A stretch of DNA of 64,000 bases from Octopus sinensis (GCF_006345805.1 NC_042999.1:62248001-62312000); one strand, 5' to 3'. Shown: positions 1 through 10,600, counted from the stretch's first letter. The notes: generated from the letters alone by a model not told the origin. Numbers and translations are program-made.

Positions 1-193
1 TTCCAATGAAACATTAACTGGTACTTTTAACAAATAACATCGTTTGTCACAAATTGTGATGTAAATGACCAACTACAAATTGTCTTCATAACAATATGGT
101 TAGCTAATACCTTGTCTTGCAATGCACAGAGTTAACTATAGCACAAGCAAAGTGAAAGACTCTACCTTACATATTCAAAATTCTATAGTAATG

Positions 194-249
<56 letters not shown>
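194..249. repeat. (AAT)n microsatellite
   Basis: Direct trinucleotide run. Confidence 0.95.
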
Positions 250-250
<1 letters not shown>

Positions 251-741
251 GCCCTGATTCAGTACCTGGCAGTGGCTCTCATGGCTTCTGATCTTAATTG
301 ATTGGAAGTGTTTTGTCTTGGTATAAAAGATGGGCTACAGCAAATATTCTGCTCAATACCACAGATTTGCCAGTTGTTTGACCTTAACCAGTTGACCACA
401 TCCCTTAGTGGCTGACGATATGTGCATCACTGATCACAAGCAGAAGTAGTTGGGGAGCATCATAGCTATATGTTGAGAGGGATTGTTTGGGGTTTGGATA
501 ATTCACCTTTGGAAATGTGAGTGTTTTGTTCAATATCCTTAAACAACAGGGACCTTTTCAACAGGGTGGGCTACTTGACCTGAAAAAAATTCTAAGGTCA
601 TGCACTGCTAGTCTTGATACTATGTTATGCACATATGGTTGTGATACATGTGCCTAGTGTACCCTTATCAGACGGGTAGTCATGATGGGTGTACTGGACT
701 TTGTATATGTCACTGTGATGGCATGCACTGCTCACTCACTC
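248..741 (-). mobile_element. ~490-bp non-coding element inserted in an (AAT)n tract; possibly a non-autonomous Dong/R4-type retroelement
   Basis: (AAT)n lies on both sides (194-249, 742-801). A second short copy of the AAATGCCCTGATGC-GTACC terminus follows at ~800-840. Dong/R4 elements are known to target TAA repeats. Family and orientation are inferred. Confidence 0.5.
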
Positions 742-759
742 AATAATAACAATAATAAC

Positions 760-801
<42 letters not shown>
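742..801. repeat. (AAT/AAC)n microsatellite
   Basis: Direct run; source of the poly-Asn ORF 682-921. Confidence 0.95.
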
Positions 802-805
<4 letters not shown>

Positions 806-1154
806 GCCCTGATGCTGTACCAGTACCTGATGCGGTACCAGAAGAGGAGGAGAAGGAGAAGGAGAAGAAGAAGAAGAAGAGGAGTTTGTTTACAGAAACT
901 TTGGTGGGAGAGAAACAGTGACTTATGTTGACTTTAGTACTTGACTGGTATATCATTATCAAATCTGGAAAGATGAAAGACAAAGTTGAACTTAGCAATA
1001 ATAATAATAATGAATTCTAAGGTGAGCAGAAGGCAATAAACTTATTTTTCTCTGGGGGTAGGCGAGGGTCTTGACACAGTTGTTTATCATAAGCCAAGAG
1101 GGACTAAAGGCATAGTTAACATCAGTAAGATTTGAACTCAGAATGTAAAGAAGC

Positions 1155-1281
1155 TTGCTTCCCAACCATGCAGTTTCAGGTTCAATCCCTCTGCATGGTA
1201 CCTTGGACAAGTGTCTGCTACTGTAACCACAGGCCATCCAAAGCCTTGTAAGTTGATTTGATAGACAGAAACTGTAAAAAG

Positions 1282-1283
<2 letters not shown>
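1155..1283 (+). mobile_element. SINE 5' fragment (same family as 31710-32120)
   Basis: CTTGCTTCCCAACCATG..GGTTCAATCCC..ACCTTGGACAAGTGTC..CCAAAGCCTTGT matches the other copies in this window. Confidence 0.7.
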
Positions 1284-1333
<50 letters not shown>

Positions 1334-1852
1334 TAGAAGGTTTGGAGGTGATGTAGGTGATTCTTCAGATTTCTGAAGAATCTACTAGAGTAGATGCAAG
1401 CGCTAATATATGATTTATAAAAACATGTGACATATTAATAAAAATCTGTAAATGTACAACGATCCAAACCTCTGAGTACCTTATTTTTTCTAATACACAC
1501 ACACATATATATATTTATTTATTTATTTATTTATTCATTTATATACATGTGCAAACTTCAAGTTAGTTAAAATATATTTGTGACATATTTCAACTTCTAA
1601 AGGCAAATTCACTGCAGTTATTATGGACAAAATATTCTCTCCTAAGGTAAGAGGTATAAAAATAGCATATCTGCCCAGTGCTGCCCCCTATCAGATTTCC
1701 TGATGCAGTTTTTCTAGCTCTTCAGCTTTCCTCAATGAGAAACCTGAGCAAATTTAAAGCCATAGCTTTAACTGAAAAAGTCAGTCAACAACATTGATTG
1801 AGTTGTGCTATCAGACTGCCAAGTTAGGATAAAATCAACAGTAAGATACATA

Positions 1853-2145
1853 TGTGGAGGTGCAATGGCCTAGTGGTTAGGGCAGCGGACTCACAGTCGG
1901 AGGATCGTAGTTTCGATTCCCAGCCTGGGCGTTGTGTTTATTTATTGAGCAAAAACACCACTCCTGCAGGGGATGGTGGCAACCCCAGTTGTACTCTTTC
2001 ACCCCAACTTTCTCTCACTCTTTCTTCCTGTTTCTTGAGTAATGCTGTGATGGACTGGCGTCCCGTCCCAGCTGGGAGGAACACATATGCCACAGAAACT
2101 GGGAAACCGGGCTTATGAGCCTGGCTAGGCTTGAAAAGGGCACAT
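1853..2145 (+). mobile_element. tRNA-derived SINE
   Basis: A-box-like TGGCCTAGTGGTTAG and B-box-like GTTTCGATTCCC head, followed by a non-tRNA body (GATGGACTGGCGTCCCGTCCAG) and an A-rich end. Confidence 0.75.
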
Positions 2146-2189
2146 AAATAAAAATTAAAAATAGGATACATATATATGCATGTATGTAG

Positions 2190-2400
2190 CTATGAGTGTT
2201 TGTTTTTGTGTTTGTGTTTTTTCGCCACCACCACTTGACAACCAGTGTTGGTGTGTTTACATCCCCTTAACTTTCATTTCAGCAAAAGAGACTATTACAA
2301 TAAGCAGCAGGCTTAAAAAAAAGAATAAAAGTACTGTGGTTTATTCATTTGGCTAAAACTTTATCAAGGCAGTGCCCCAGTATGACCGTAGTATGACTGT
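2190..2400 (+). mobile_element. SINE 3' half (family of 31710-32120)
   Basis: CTTGACAACCAGTGTTGGTGTGTTTACATCCCC..GGCAGTGCCCCAGTATGACC matches the 3' half of the full copies. Confidence 0.65.
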
Positions 2401-2805
2401 AACATGAAAAAGAAAATAAAATGATCACCCTGCTGATCTACAAAACCAACATTCTTTTAAAAGAAAGAGAGAAATTGATTTTAACAGTAAAAATAAAGTC
2501 AGCCTGAGCAAGATTTGAACTCAGACCCACAAAATATTTTATCCAATGTACTAACACCAATGTACTAATAATGACAATAGCAACAATGACAATACTGACA
2601 ACAGCAGTTATATCGACAACAATGAAACTAATATTTGTTACATGCCTCATTCTATACTAGTGTATTTTGTAATTTTTCTTAAGACAAAAATACAGAAAAT
2701 AAAAAATTATTTTCAAAAATACAGATTTTATATTATTGTTTTTATTAGCATTATTCAAAGTGAGCAAAAGCAAAATTAAATAAAAATATTGAAAAAATGT
2801 ATAAA

Positions 2806-2997
2806 AGTATATATATATATGTATGTATGTATATATGTATATACATATATATGTATGTATGTATATATATATACATATATATGTATGTATGTATATATAT
2901 ATATATATATGTATGTATGTGAATATATATATATACATACATATACATATATGTATGTATATATATATACATATATATATATACATATACATACATA

Positions 2998-3037
<40 letters not shown>

Positions 3038-3043
3038 CATATG

Positions 3044-3140
<97 letters not shown>

Positions 3141-3155
3141 GTGTGTGTGTGTATA
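2806..3155. repeat. (TA)n/(TATG)n/(TG)n compound microsatellite
   Basis: Direct low-complexity sequence. Confidence 0.95.
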
Positions 3156-3555
3156 ATCTACATTCATTCTGTTTTCACCACCAGCAGATTACTCTTGAAG
3201 CAAAATATTGGAACTAAATTCACTTAGTATTTTAGTGATAGACATGCATATCAATGGTTTGGAAGTAAGTCATGTGACCTGGCTTGCACTCTCTCAGAGA
3301 ACTGGGGGAGGGTGGAAAAAAAAATAAGGAAAACAAAAATATCTCATAGCTGATCAATATCTTCAGACATGTAATCATTTCAAATAGAAACATAGTATAG
3401 CACACACTATGTATTCTTTGCCAGCATGCCCGAAGACGTGTGTTCCATTCAGGTAACAGGAAATCTACTCTACACTTTCAGAGAGGAAAGAGGGGAAGGC
3501 AGAAAGACTGGCAGAGAAAGAAAGAGAGAGAGAGAGTAAAAGACAGGAGGAGAGC

Positions 3556-3593
<38 letters not shown>

Positions 3594-4066
3594 GAAAGGA
3601 AGAGAGAAAAAAGAATAACAGAGAACAACAACAAGAACTGTAATGATGAATAAATAGGAGATAAAACAATTAAAATACAAATTAAATTTAAAACAAGAAA
3701 ACTGACAAAAAAATTAAATCACATTCAATTAAATAATAAATTATAAACAGTTAATCTAGATTTTCTCCTTAATAATAATTGTAACTTTTTTGTTTTTGTG
3801 TTTTTGTAGAATTCTTTTTGTGTGCTTTATTGATACTGGAAAAAATAATGATGAATAAATAAATACCAAAAGAGTAATGTTATTATTTCGTTTTTTTTTC
3901 TTCTTTTTTTTACATTGAAAGGAAATCAAAGAAATGTCTTGATTATTGGTGAAAATCATCTAGAAACAAACACTATTTTGATTTAAATGTGTGCATATGT
4001 GTATATATGCATGCATATGTGTGCATATGTACATATATAAATGAATTCATGCATGTTTGTAGGCCT

Positions 4067-4115
<49 letters not shown>

Positions 4116-4289
4116 ATATATATATTATATATGTGTGTGTGTGTGTGTATGTATATAGCCACCAGCATGGCTATGTAGCAAGAAGCATGCTTCCCAAGCA
4201 CATGGTTTTGGGTTCAGTCCCACTGTGTGACATCTTGTGCAAATGTCTTGTAAGAGATCTTGGTTGAAAGAAATGGAAAAATGCATGTT

Positions 4290-4290
4290 C

Positions 4291-4350
<60 letters not shown>

Positions 4351-4575
4351 ATATATGTATATATATGTATGTATATGTATGTATATATATGTATATGTAT
4401 ATATATATATATGTATATATTATATATGTATATATTATATATGTATATATATATAATATATATGTATATATATATATGTATGTATATACATATGTGTGTA
4501 TATATATATGTATATATGTATATATTATATATGTATATATATATATATGTATATATATATCTATGTATATATATG

Positions 4576-4610
<35 letters not shown>

Positions 4611-4611
4611 G

Positions 4612-4669
<58 letters not shown>

Positions 4670-4676
4670 ATATACG

Positions 4677-4746
<70 letters not shown>

Positions 4747-4856
4747 GTATATATATGTATATAATATATATATATGTATATATATATATGTATATATATG
4801 TATATATATATACATATATATATATATTTATGTATATATATATATATATATATTTA

Positions 4857-4890
<34 letters not shown>
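4290..4890. repeat. (TA)n-rich compound microsatellite
   Basis: Direct low-complexity sequence. Confidence 0.95.
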
Positions 4891-4894
<4 letters not shown>

Positions 4895-5330
4895 CTTGGG
4901 GATAACTGTTAATATCCAGTACCGTGCTGCCGTAGTCTCCTTTAGAGAGACTTAGAAATGATAATATTTCTATTTTTGAAAACCAGTGGATGGATTCCAC
5001 TGAAATTAGGTAAATAATCCTTCGAACAGACGGTCAGCAGCGACAATTGCTGGGTTTGGCTACTCTGCATTGAAAAAAGGCAAATACTCTGAAACATGTG
5101 TGCAGATGCCTGACCAGCAAGGAGAAGCAGCTGACATCCCCTGTTCGAAGGTTATAATGGACACAGGTTCAAGTGTCATATAGCTAGCTAGAGGCGATGG
5201 CTTCTTGGAGCTAATCAATGGCAGCTTTTGTCCTATATTTATGGACTGCCATATTAGCGCGGCGATAGCTGTTAATATTCAGTACGGCTGCCGTAGTCTC
5301 CTTTAGAGAGACTTAGAAATGTTAATATTT
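4891..5330. mobile_element. ~440-bp non-coding element with ~67-bp terminal direct repeats (period 363 bp), copy 1
   Basis: GATAACTGTTAATATCCAGTAC..GCTGCCGTAGTCTCCTTTAGAGAGACTTAGAAATG at 4901-4969 recurs at 5264-5330. (TA)n on both sides. No ORF. Confidence 0.7.
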
Positions 5331-5343
5331 ATTTATATATATA

Positions 5344-5510
5344 TCATCATCATCATCATCATCATTTAACGTCTGCTTTCCATGCTAGCATGGGTTGGAC
5401 GATTTTGACTGGTGGGCTGGTGAACCAGATGGCTGCACCAGGCTCCAATCTTGATCTGGCAGAGTTTCTACAGCTGGATGCCCTTCCTAACACCAAGCAC
5501 TCCACGAGCG
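5344..5510 (-). mobile_element. 3' fragment of the (GAT)n-tailed SINE; duplicate at ~6299-6466
   Basis: (CAT)n + TTTAACGTCTGCTTTCCATGCTAGCATGGGTTGG..CAGCTGGATGCCCTTCCTAAC. Confidence 0.8.
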
Positions 5511-5532
5511 CATATATATATATATAAACACA

Positions 5533-5636
5533 TTGTTGTGTCTGGGGAGAATCATTCTCTTTTAGTGCTTTATTATTTAATACAGTGTGTTAAATAATAA
5601 ACCACTAGAAGAGAAAGACTCTCCCAGACACAGCAA
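5533..5636. repeat. ~100-bp imperfect palindrome; duplicate at 6489-6592
   Basis: TGTGTCTGGGGAGAATCATTCTCTTTTAGTGCTTTATTATTTAA pairs with TTAAATAATAAACCACTAGAAGAGAAAGACTCTCCCAGACACA. Confidence 0.8.
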
Positions 5637-5695
5637 AAAATGGTTCAACAAACGAACTCACATAAAGAATCTTGCAAAGCAAATCCATAAACGAA

Positions 5696-5759
<64 letters not shown>

Positions 5760-5814
5760 ATATATTATACATATATATATATATTTATGTATATAATATA
5801 TATATATTATGTGT

Positions 5815-5848
<34 letters not shown>

Positions 5849-5852
<4 letters not shown>

Positions 5853-6288
5853 CTTGGGGATAACTGTTAATATCCAGTACCGTGCTGCCGTAGTCTCCTT
5901 TAGAGAGACTTAGAAATGATAATATTTCTATTTTTGAAAACCAGTGGATGGATTCCACTGAAATTAGGTAAATAATCCTTCGAACAGACGGTCAGCAGCG
6001 ACAATTGCTGGGTTTGGCTACTCTGCATTGAAAAAAGGCAAATACTCTGAAACATGTGTGCAGATGCCTGACCAGCAAGGAGAAGCAGCTGACATCCCCT
6101 GTTCGAAGGTTATAATGGACACAGGTTCAAGTGTCATATAGCTAGCTAGAGGCGATGGCTTCTTGGAGCTAATCAATGGCAGCTTTTGTCCTATATTTAT
6201 GGACTGCCATATTAGCGCGGCGATAGCTGTTAATATTCAGTACGGCTGCCGTAGTCTCCTTAGAGAGACTTAGAAATGTTAATATTTA
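5849..6288. mobile_element. Same terminally redundant element, copy 2
   Basis: Nearly identical to 4891-5330 at offset 958. Confidence 0.7.
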
Positions 6289-6661
6289 TTATATATATAT
6301 CATCATCATCATCATCATCATTTAACGTCTGCTTTCCATGCTAGCATAGGTTGGACGATTTTGACTGGTGGGCTGGTGAACCAGATGGCTGCACCAGGCT
6401 CCAATCTTGATCTGGCAGAGTTTCTACAGCTGGATGCCCTTCCTAACACCAAGCACTCCACGAGCGCATATATATATATATAAACACATTGTTGTGTCTG
6501 GGGAGAATCATTCTCTTTTAGTGCTTTATTATTTAATACAGTGTGTTAAATAATAAACCACTAGAAGAGAAAGACTCTCCCAGACACAGCAAAAAATGGT
6601 TCAACAAACGAACTCACATAAAGAATCTTGCAAAGCAAATCCATAAACGAAATATATATAT

Positions 6662-6731
<70 letters not shown>

Positions 6732-6901
6732 TGTATATATATATAAAGTATAATAGCCATCTCAATATGGCTAACCACAAAGGGGGGTGTTACTGTAGCT
6801 TTTTAGCCCCAGGAGATCATCGTCTCCAGCTGGCTTTAGGCACACTATCTGTGCCCTTATGGTATTTGCAAAGGGAGGCCATCCCTTTCTCGTAAGCCCA
6901 A

Positions 6902-6962
6902 GTGATATGCACCGGACTGACAGTTTCGAGGTTGTTGCCTCTTATCAACGGGCGGTAATCAC
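6902..6962 (-). ncRNA. Type-I hammerhead ribozyme fold, U3:A8 core variant (inverted copy)
   Basis: Reverse complement reads GTGATTACCGCCCG-TTGATAA-GAGG caacaa CCTC-GAA-ACT gtc AGT-C-CGGTGCATATCAC, with a GUC cleavage triplet. Confidence 0.75.
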
Positions 6963-7116
6963 AGGATTACTGCCTAAAGCCAGCTGTAAAGTATAATAGC
7001 CATCTCAATATGGCTAACCACAAAGGGGGGGGTGTTACTGTAGCGTTTTAGCCCCACGAAATCATCGTCTCCAGCTGGCTTTAGGCACACTATCTGTGCC
7101 ATTTCATCATGATCCT

Positions 7117-7177
7117 GTGATTACCGCCCGTTGATAAGAGGCAACAACCTCGAAACTGTCAGTTCGGTGCGTATCAC
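7117..7177 (+). ncRNA. Type-I hammerhead ribozyme fold, U3:A8 core variant
   Basis: Core TTGATAA 7131-7137; stem II GAGG/CCTC 7138-7151; GAAA 7152-7155; stem III ACT-gtc-AGT; H17 is U at 7164. Stem I is CCG/CGG extended with bulges by CGC/GCG, TA/TA and GTGA/TCAC. Confidence 0.75.
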
Positions 7178-7473
7178 TTAGGCTTACGAGAAAGGGATGG
7201 CCTCCCTTTGCAAATACCATAAGGGCACAGATAGTGTGCCTAAAGCCAGCTGGAGATGATGATCTCCTGGGGCTAAAAAGTTACAGTAACACCCTCCTTT
7301 GTGGTTAGCCATATTGAGATGACTATTATACTTTACATTGTCGAGCGATTACAGTTTACATCTCGTTCTGAGATTTAATAATGCTTGCAGACAGTTTTTC
7401 GAAATCAGTGGCAGAAGTCACTAGAAAAACTCTTATATATTTGCAAACAGACTATCCCTTTCAGCGTGATCCT

Positions 7474-7534
7474 GTGATTACTGCCCGTTGATAAGAGGCA
7501 ACAACCTCGAAACTGTCAGTCCGGTGTGTATCAC
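7474..7534 (+). ncRNA. Type-I hammerhead ribozyme fold, U3:A8 core variant
   Basis: Same fold 357 nt downstream. Core TTGATAA 7488-7494; GUC triplet with predicted cleavage after 7521. Confidence 0.78.
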
Positions 7535-8399
7535 TTAGGCTTACGAGAAAGGGATGGCCTCCCTTTGCAAATACCATAAGGGCACAGATAGTGTGCCTAA
7601 AGCCAGCTGGAGACGATGATCTCCTGGGGCTAAAAAGCTACAGTAACACCCCCCCTTTGTGGTTAGCCATATTGAGATGGCTATTATACTTTACATTGTC
7701 GAGCGATTACTGTTTACATCTCGTTCTGAGATTTAATAATGTTATATATATATAAATACACACACACACACACACACATATATATGTACATATATAGATG
7801 TAGATATAACTGTGCGTGTCTCTCTCTCTTTCTCTCTCTTTGAGTTTTGTCTTTGTCCAATTCCATTACTTAGTAGTTTGGCAAAAGAAACCAATGGAAT
7901 AAATACCAGGCTTAAAAATAAGAAATTACTAGATATGACTTTTTCTGACTAAGCCATTCATAGTGGGGCCCCAGCATGGGCATAGTCCAAGGACCGAAAC
8001 AAGTAAAAGATGGAAAATCAAAACTACATAAATGAATGGAATGCATGTGTGTGTGTGTGTATGTGTGTGTACTGTATGTCTGTGTGTGTGTGTGTGTGTA
8101 TTAACTATCAGTGACAGAAGTAGTATAAATGCCAAATGGTAATCTTTATATCCATCTTAATATGGATGTCTTGAAGAACACGGAACATTGTTTTATTAGC
8201 TTGGTGCACAAAAGCACACACATAGATTGTAGTAGACAAGAATCATCTGTCATGGGCACTGGAATTCCAGTCCATCAGCTAATACCCACCTCTCAAAATT
8301 GCTTGTCTTGTACCTAACTAAGAAGCAATCATCATCATCATGACCATAACCATGGAGATCATTTTGATCCTAATCACCACCACCACCACCACTACCTAT

Positions 8400-8630
8400 T
8401 TCTTTACTACCCACAGGGGGCTAAACACAGAGAGAAGAAACAAGGACAGACAAACGGATTAAGTTGATTATATCGACCCCAGTGCGTAACTGGTAATTAA
8501 TTTATTGACCTCGAAAGGATGGAAGGCAAAGCTGACCTCAGCAGAATTTGAACTCAGAACGTAATGGCAGACGAAATACGGCTACACATTTTGCCCAGCA
8601 TGCTAACGTTTCTGTCAGCTCACTGCCTTA
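8400..8630 (-). mobile_element. tRNA-derived SINE (Nin/Deu-like central domain)
   Basis: Same family as 37655-37895 and 40800-41010. Reverse complement has the GTTCTGAGTTCAAATTC head and CCTTCCATCCTTTCGAGGTCAATAAA..TACCAG domain. Confidence 0.75.
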
Positions 8631-8964
8631 AAACACTTCTGCTACCACCACCACCACCACCACGATCGTCACCATCGTTATCATGATCATCATTTAATGT
8701 CCATTTTTCCAAGCTCGTATGGGTCAGATAGAACTTGTTGAGGCAGATTTTTCCACAGCTGTATGCCTTTCCTATCACTAACCCTTATCTATTTCCCCAT
8801 AGCCAGACATGTTTTTCACAGAAGACTGGAAATGTACAGCCCTGTTTGTATGATGGCGATACTTAATTTACAACCAATATATATATCAAGACAAGGTACA
8901 CATGCACCCAAGCACACACATACGCATGTACACAGAGTGAGTTATACATTTTTAAAGATTATTT

Positions 8965-9740
8965 AATACTCTTTTACCCTTTTACTTGTTTCAGTCATTT
9001 GACTGTGGTCATGCTGGAGCACCACCTTTTAGTCAAGCAAATCAACCCCAGGACTTATTCTTTGGAAGCCTAGTACTTATTCTATTGGGATCTTTTGCCA
9101 AACCACTAAGTTACAGAGACATAAACGCACCACCATCGGTTGTCAAGTGATGTTAGGGGGACAAACACAGACACACAAACATATACACACACATATATAT
9201 ATATACATAGAGCGGCTAACTGGCTTCTGTGCCGGTGGCATGTAAAAGGCACCATTTAGGCATGATCGTTACCAGCATCACCTTACTGGCACTTGTACCG
9301 GTGGTACGTGAAAAAAACATTCAAGTGCGGTCGTTGCCAGTACCGCCTGACTGGCTCCCATACCAGTGGCACATAAAAGCACCTACTACACTCTTGGAGT
9401 GGTTGGCGTTAGGAAGGGCATCCAGCTGTAGAAACTCTGCCAGATCAAGATTGGAGCCTGGTGCAGCCATCTTGTTCGCCAGTCCTCAGTCAAGTCGCCC
9501 AACCCATGTTAGCATGGAAAGCGGACATTAAACGATGGTGATGATGACAATGACAATGATGACGATGACGACAATGATGATGGGCTTCTTTCAGTTTCAG
9601 TCAACCAAATCCACTCACAAGGATTGGGTCGGCCCGAGGCTATAGTAGAAGATACTTGCCAAAGGTGCCATGCTGTGTGACTGAACCCGAGACCATGTGG
9701 TTGGTAGGCAGATACTTACCACACATCCACTCCTACGCCT
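8965..9740 (-). mobile_element. SINE (family of 31710-32120) split by a nested SINE insertion
   Basis: 3' half at 8965-9200 and 5' half at 9578-9740, separated by 9212-9577. Confidence 0.75.
9212..9577 (+). mobile_element. (GAT)n-tailed SINE with TTAGGAAGGGCATCCAGCTGTAGAAA core (resembles the MetaSINE domain), nested
   Basis: Core motif plus AACCCATGTTAGCATGGAAAGCGGACATTAAACGATG tail. Confidence 0.8.
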
Positions 9741-9741
9741 A

Positions 9742-10016
9742 TAAAAAACATTTTCTTAATATTACATTCTGACATGTGTTTCTGCTGATTAAGAGTTTGA
9801 GGGTCCTTTGATGTAATATCTTTGAGCATTTAATCAATTCATGTTATATCAGTTGTACTACAACACTATAAAAATAATACATTATATAAATCAATCGAAG
9901 CACAATTGATTTAATATAAATTGATTAAATGCATAAAACTATTATATCAAAGGACTCTAAGACACTTATTCAGCAGAAACAGATATGGGAATTTAGTATG
10001 AAGAAAATGTTTTTTA
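9742..10016. mobile_element. Old foldback/MITE-like element, ~115-bp imperfect inverted arms
   Basis: 9742-9856 is the diverged reverse complement of 9902-10016 (TAAAAAACATTTTCTT..TGTTTCTGCTGA..GTCCTTTGAT..GCATTTAATCAATT). Confidence 0.75.
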
Positions 10017-10297
10017 TTAAATAAACTTTAATAAACTTCATCATTATGTCATGATAATGTACTTTGTATTCTACAAGAAATCTATTGAAGCGAACTCAGG
10101 TTTTACCAGTCGAAGGAAGTACAGTTTAATTGTTTATTATAAACAATTCTAAATGTTTCCTACAATTCAAAGTGGATAGCCAAGTCAGGATCTTATCAGA
10201 CTGCCCATAAGGTTTCAGCCTGGATTTAAAATCCCAGTTCCTTTGTGTTTTTTTTTATATACATCTACTCACACACACACTCATATATATATATATA

Positions 10298-10599
10298 TAT
10301 CATGTGATCACGTGACCGACCAGGCTATCAGATGTTGCTACACATTGCTGGTCACAATGCACTTCGCATTGTTTTAGCCTTCCAATGACGCCACCCTGCT
10401 GGCTAAGCGAGCAGGCCAACAGAAGAAAGAATGAGAGAAAGTAGTGGCGAAAGCAGGGATCGCCACCATCTCCTGCCGGAGCCTGGTGGAGCTTTAGGTA
10501 TTTTCGCTCAATAAACACTCACAATGCCCGGTCTGATAATCGAAACCGCGATCCTACGACTGCAAGTCCACTGCCCTAACCACTGGGCCATTGTGCCTC

Positions 10600-10600
<1 letters not shown>
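10298..10600 (-). mobile_element. tRNA-derived SINE (family also at 32690-32958)
   Basis: Reverse complement has a GAGGCACAATGGCCCAGTGGTTAGGGCAG..GTTTCGATT head; the body is shared with 32690-32958. Confidence 0.75.

Larger units (their letters stand above)
4891..6660. repeat. ~958-bp near-identical tandem duplication with (TA)n at the unit boundaries
   Basis: 4891-~5700 recurs at 5849-~6660. I saw only a few differences outside the TA runs (CATGGG/CATAGG, CCTTTAG/CCTTAG). Confidence 0.9.
6744..7741. mobile_element. Array of a ~357-nt hammerhead-bearing unit (Penelope pseudo-LTR or non-LTR retrozyme-like)
   Basis: Inverted partial copies at 6744-6968 and 6985-7100, then direct copies at 7111-7467 and 7468-7741. 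(TA)n on both sides. No ORF. Confidence 0.8.

Noticed and set aside
682-921. Poly-Asn and Lys/Glu-rich 79-aa ORF
   Set aside because: Made of a repeat-element end, an (AAT)n run and a (GAA/GAG)n run.
1853-1930. tRNA-like sequence (similar heads at ~10530-10600, ~17250-17325, ~31710-31780)
   Set aside because: A and B boxes are present, but I could not form a full cloverleaf, and each continues into a SINE body.
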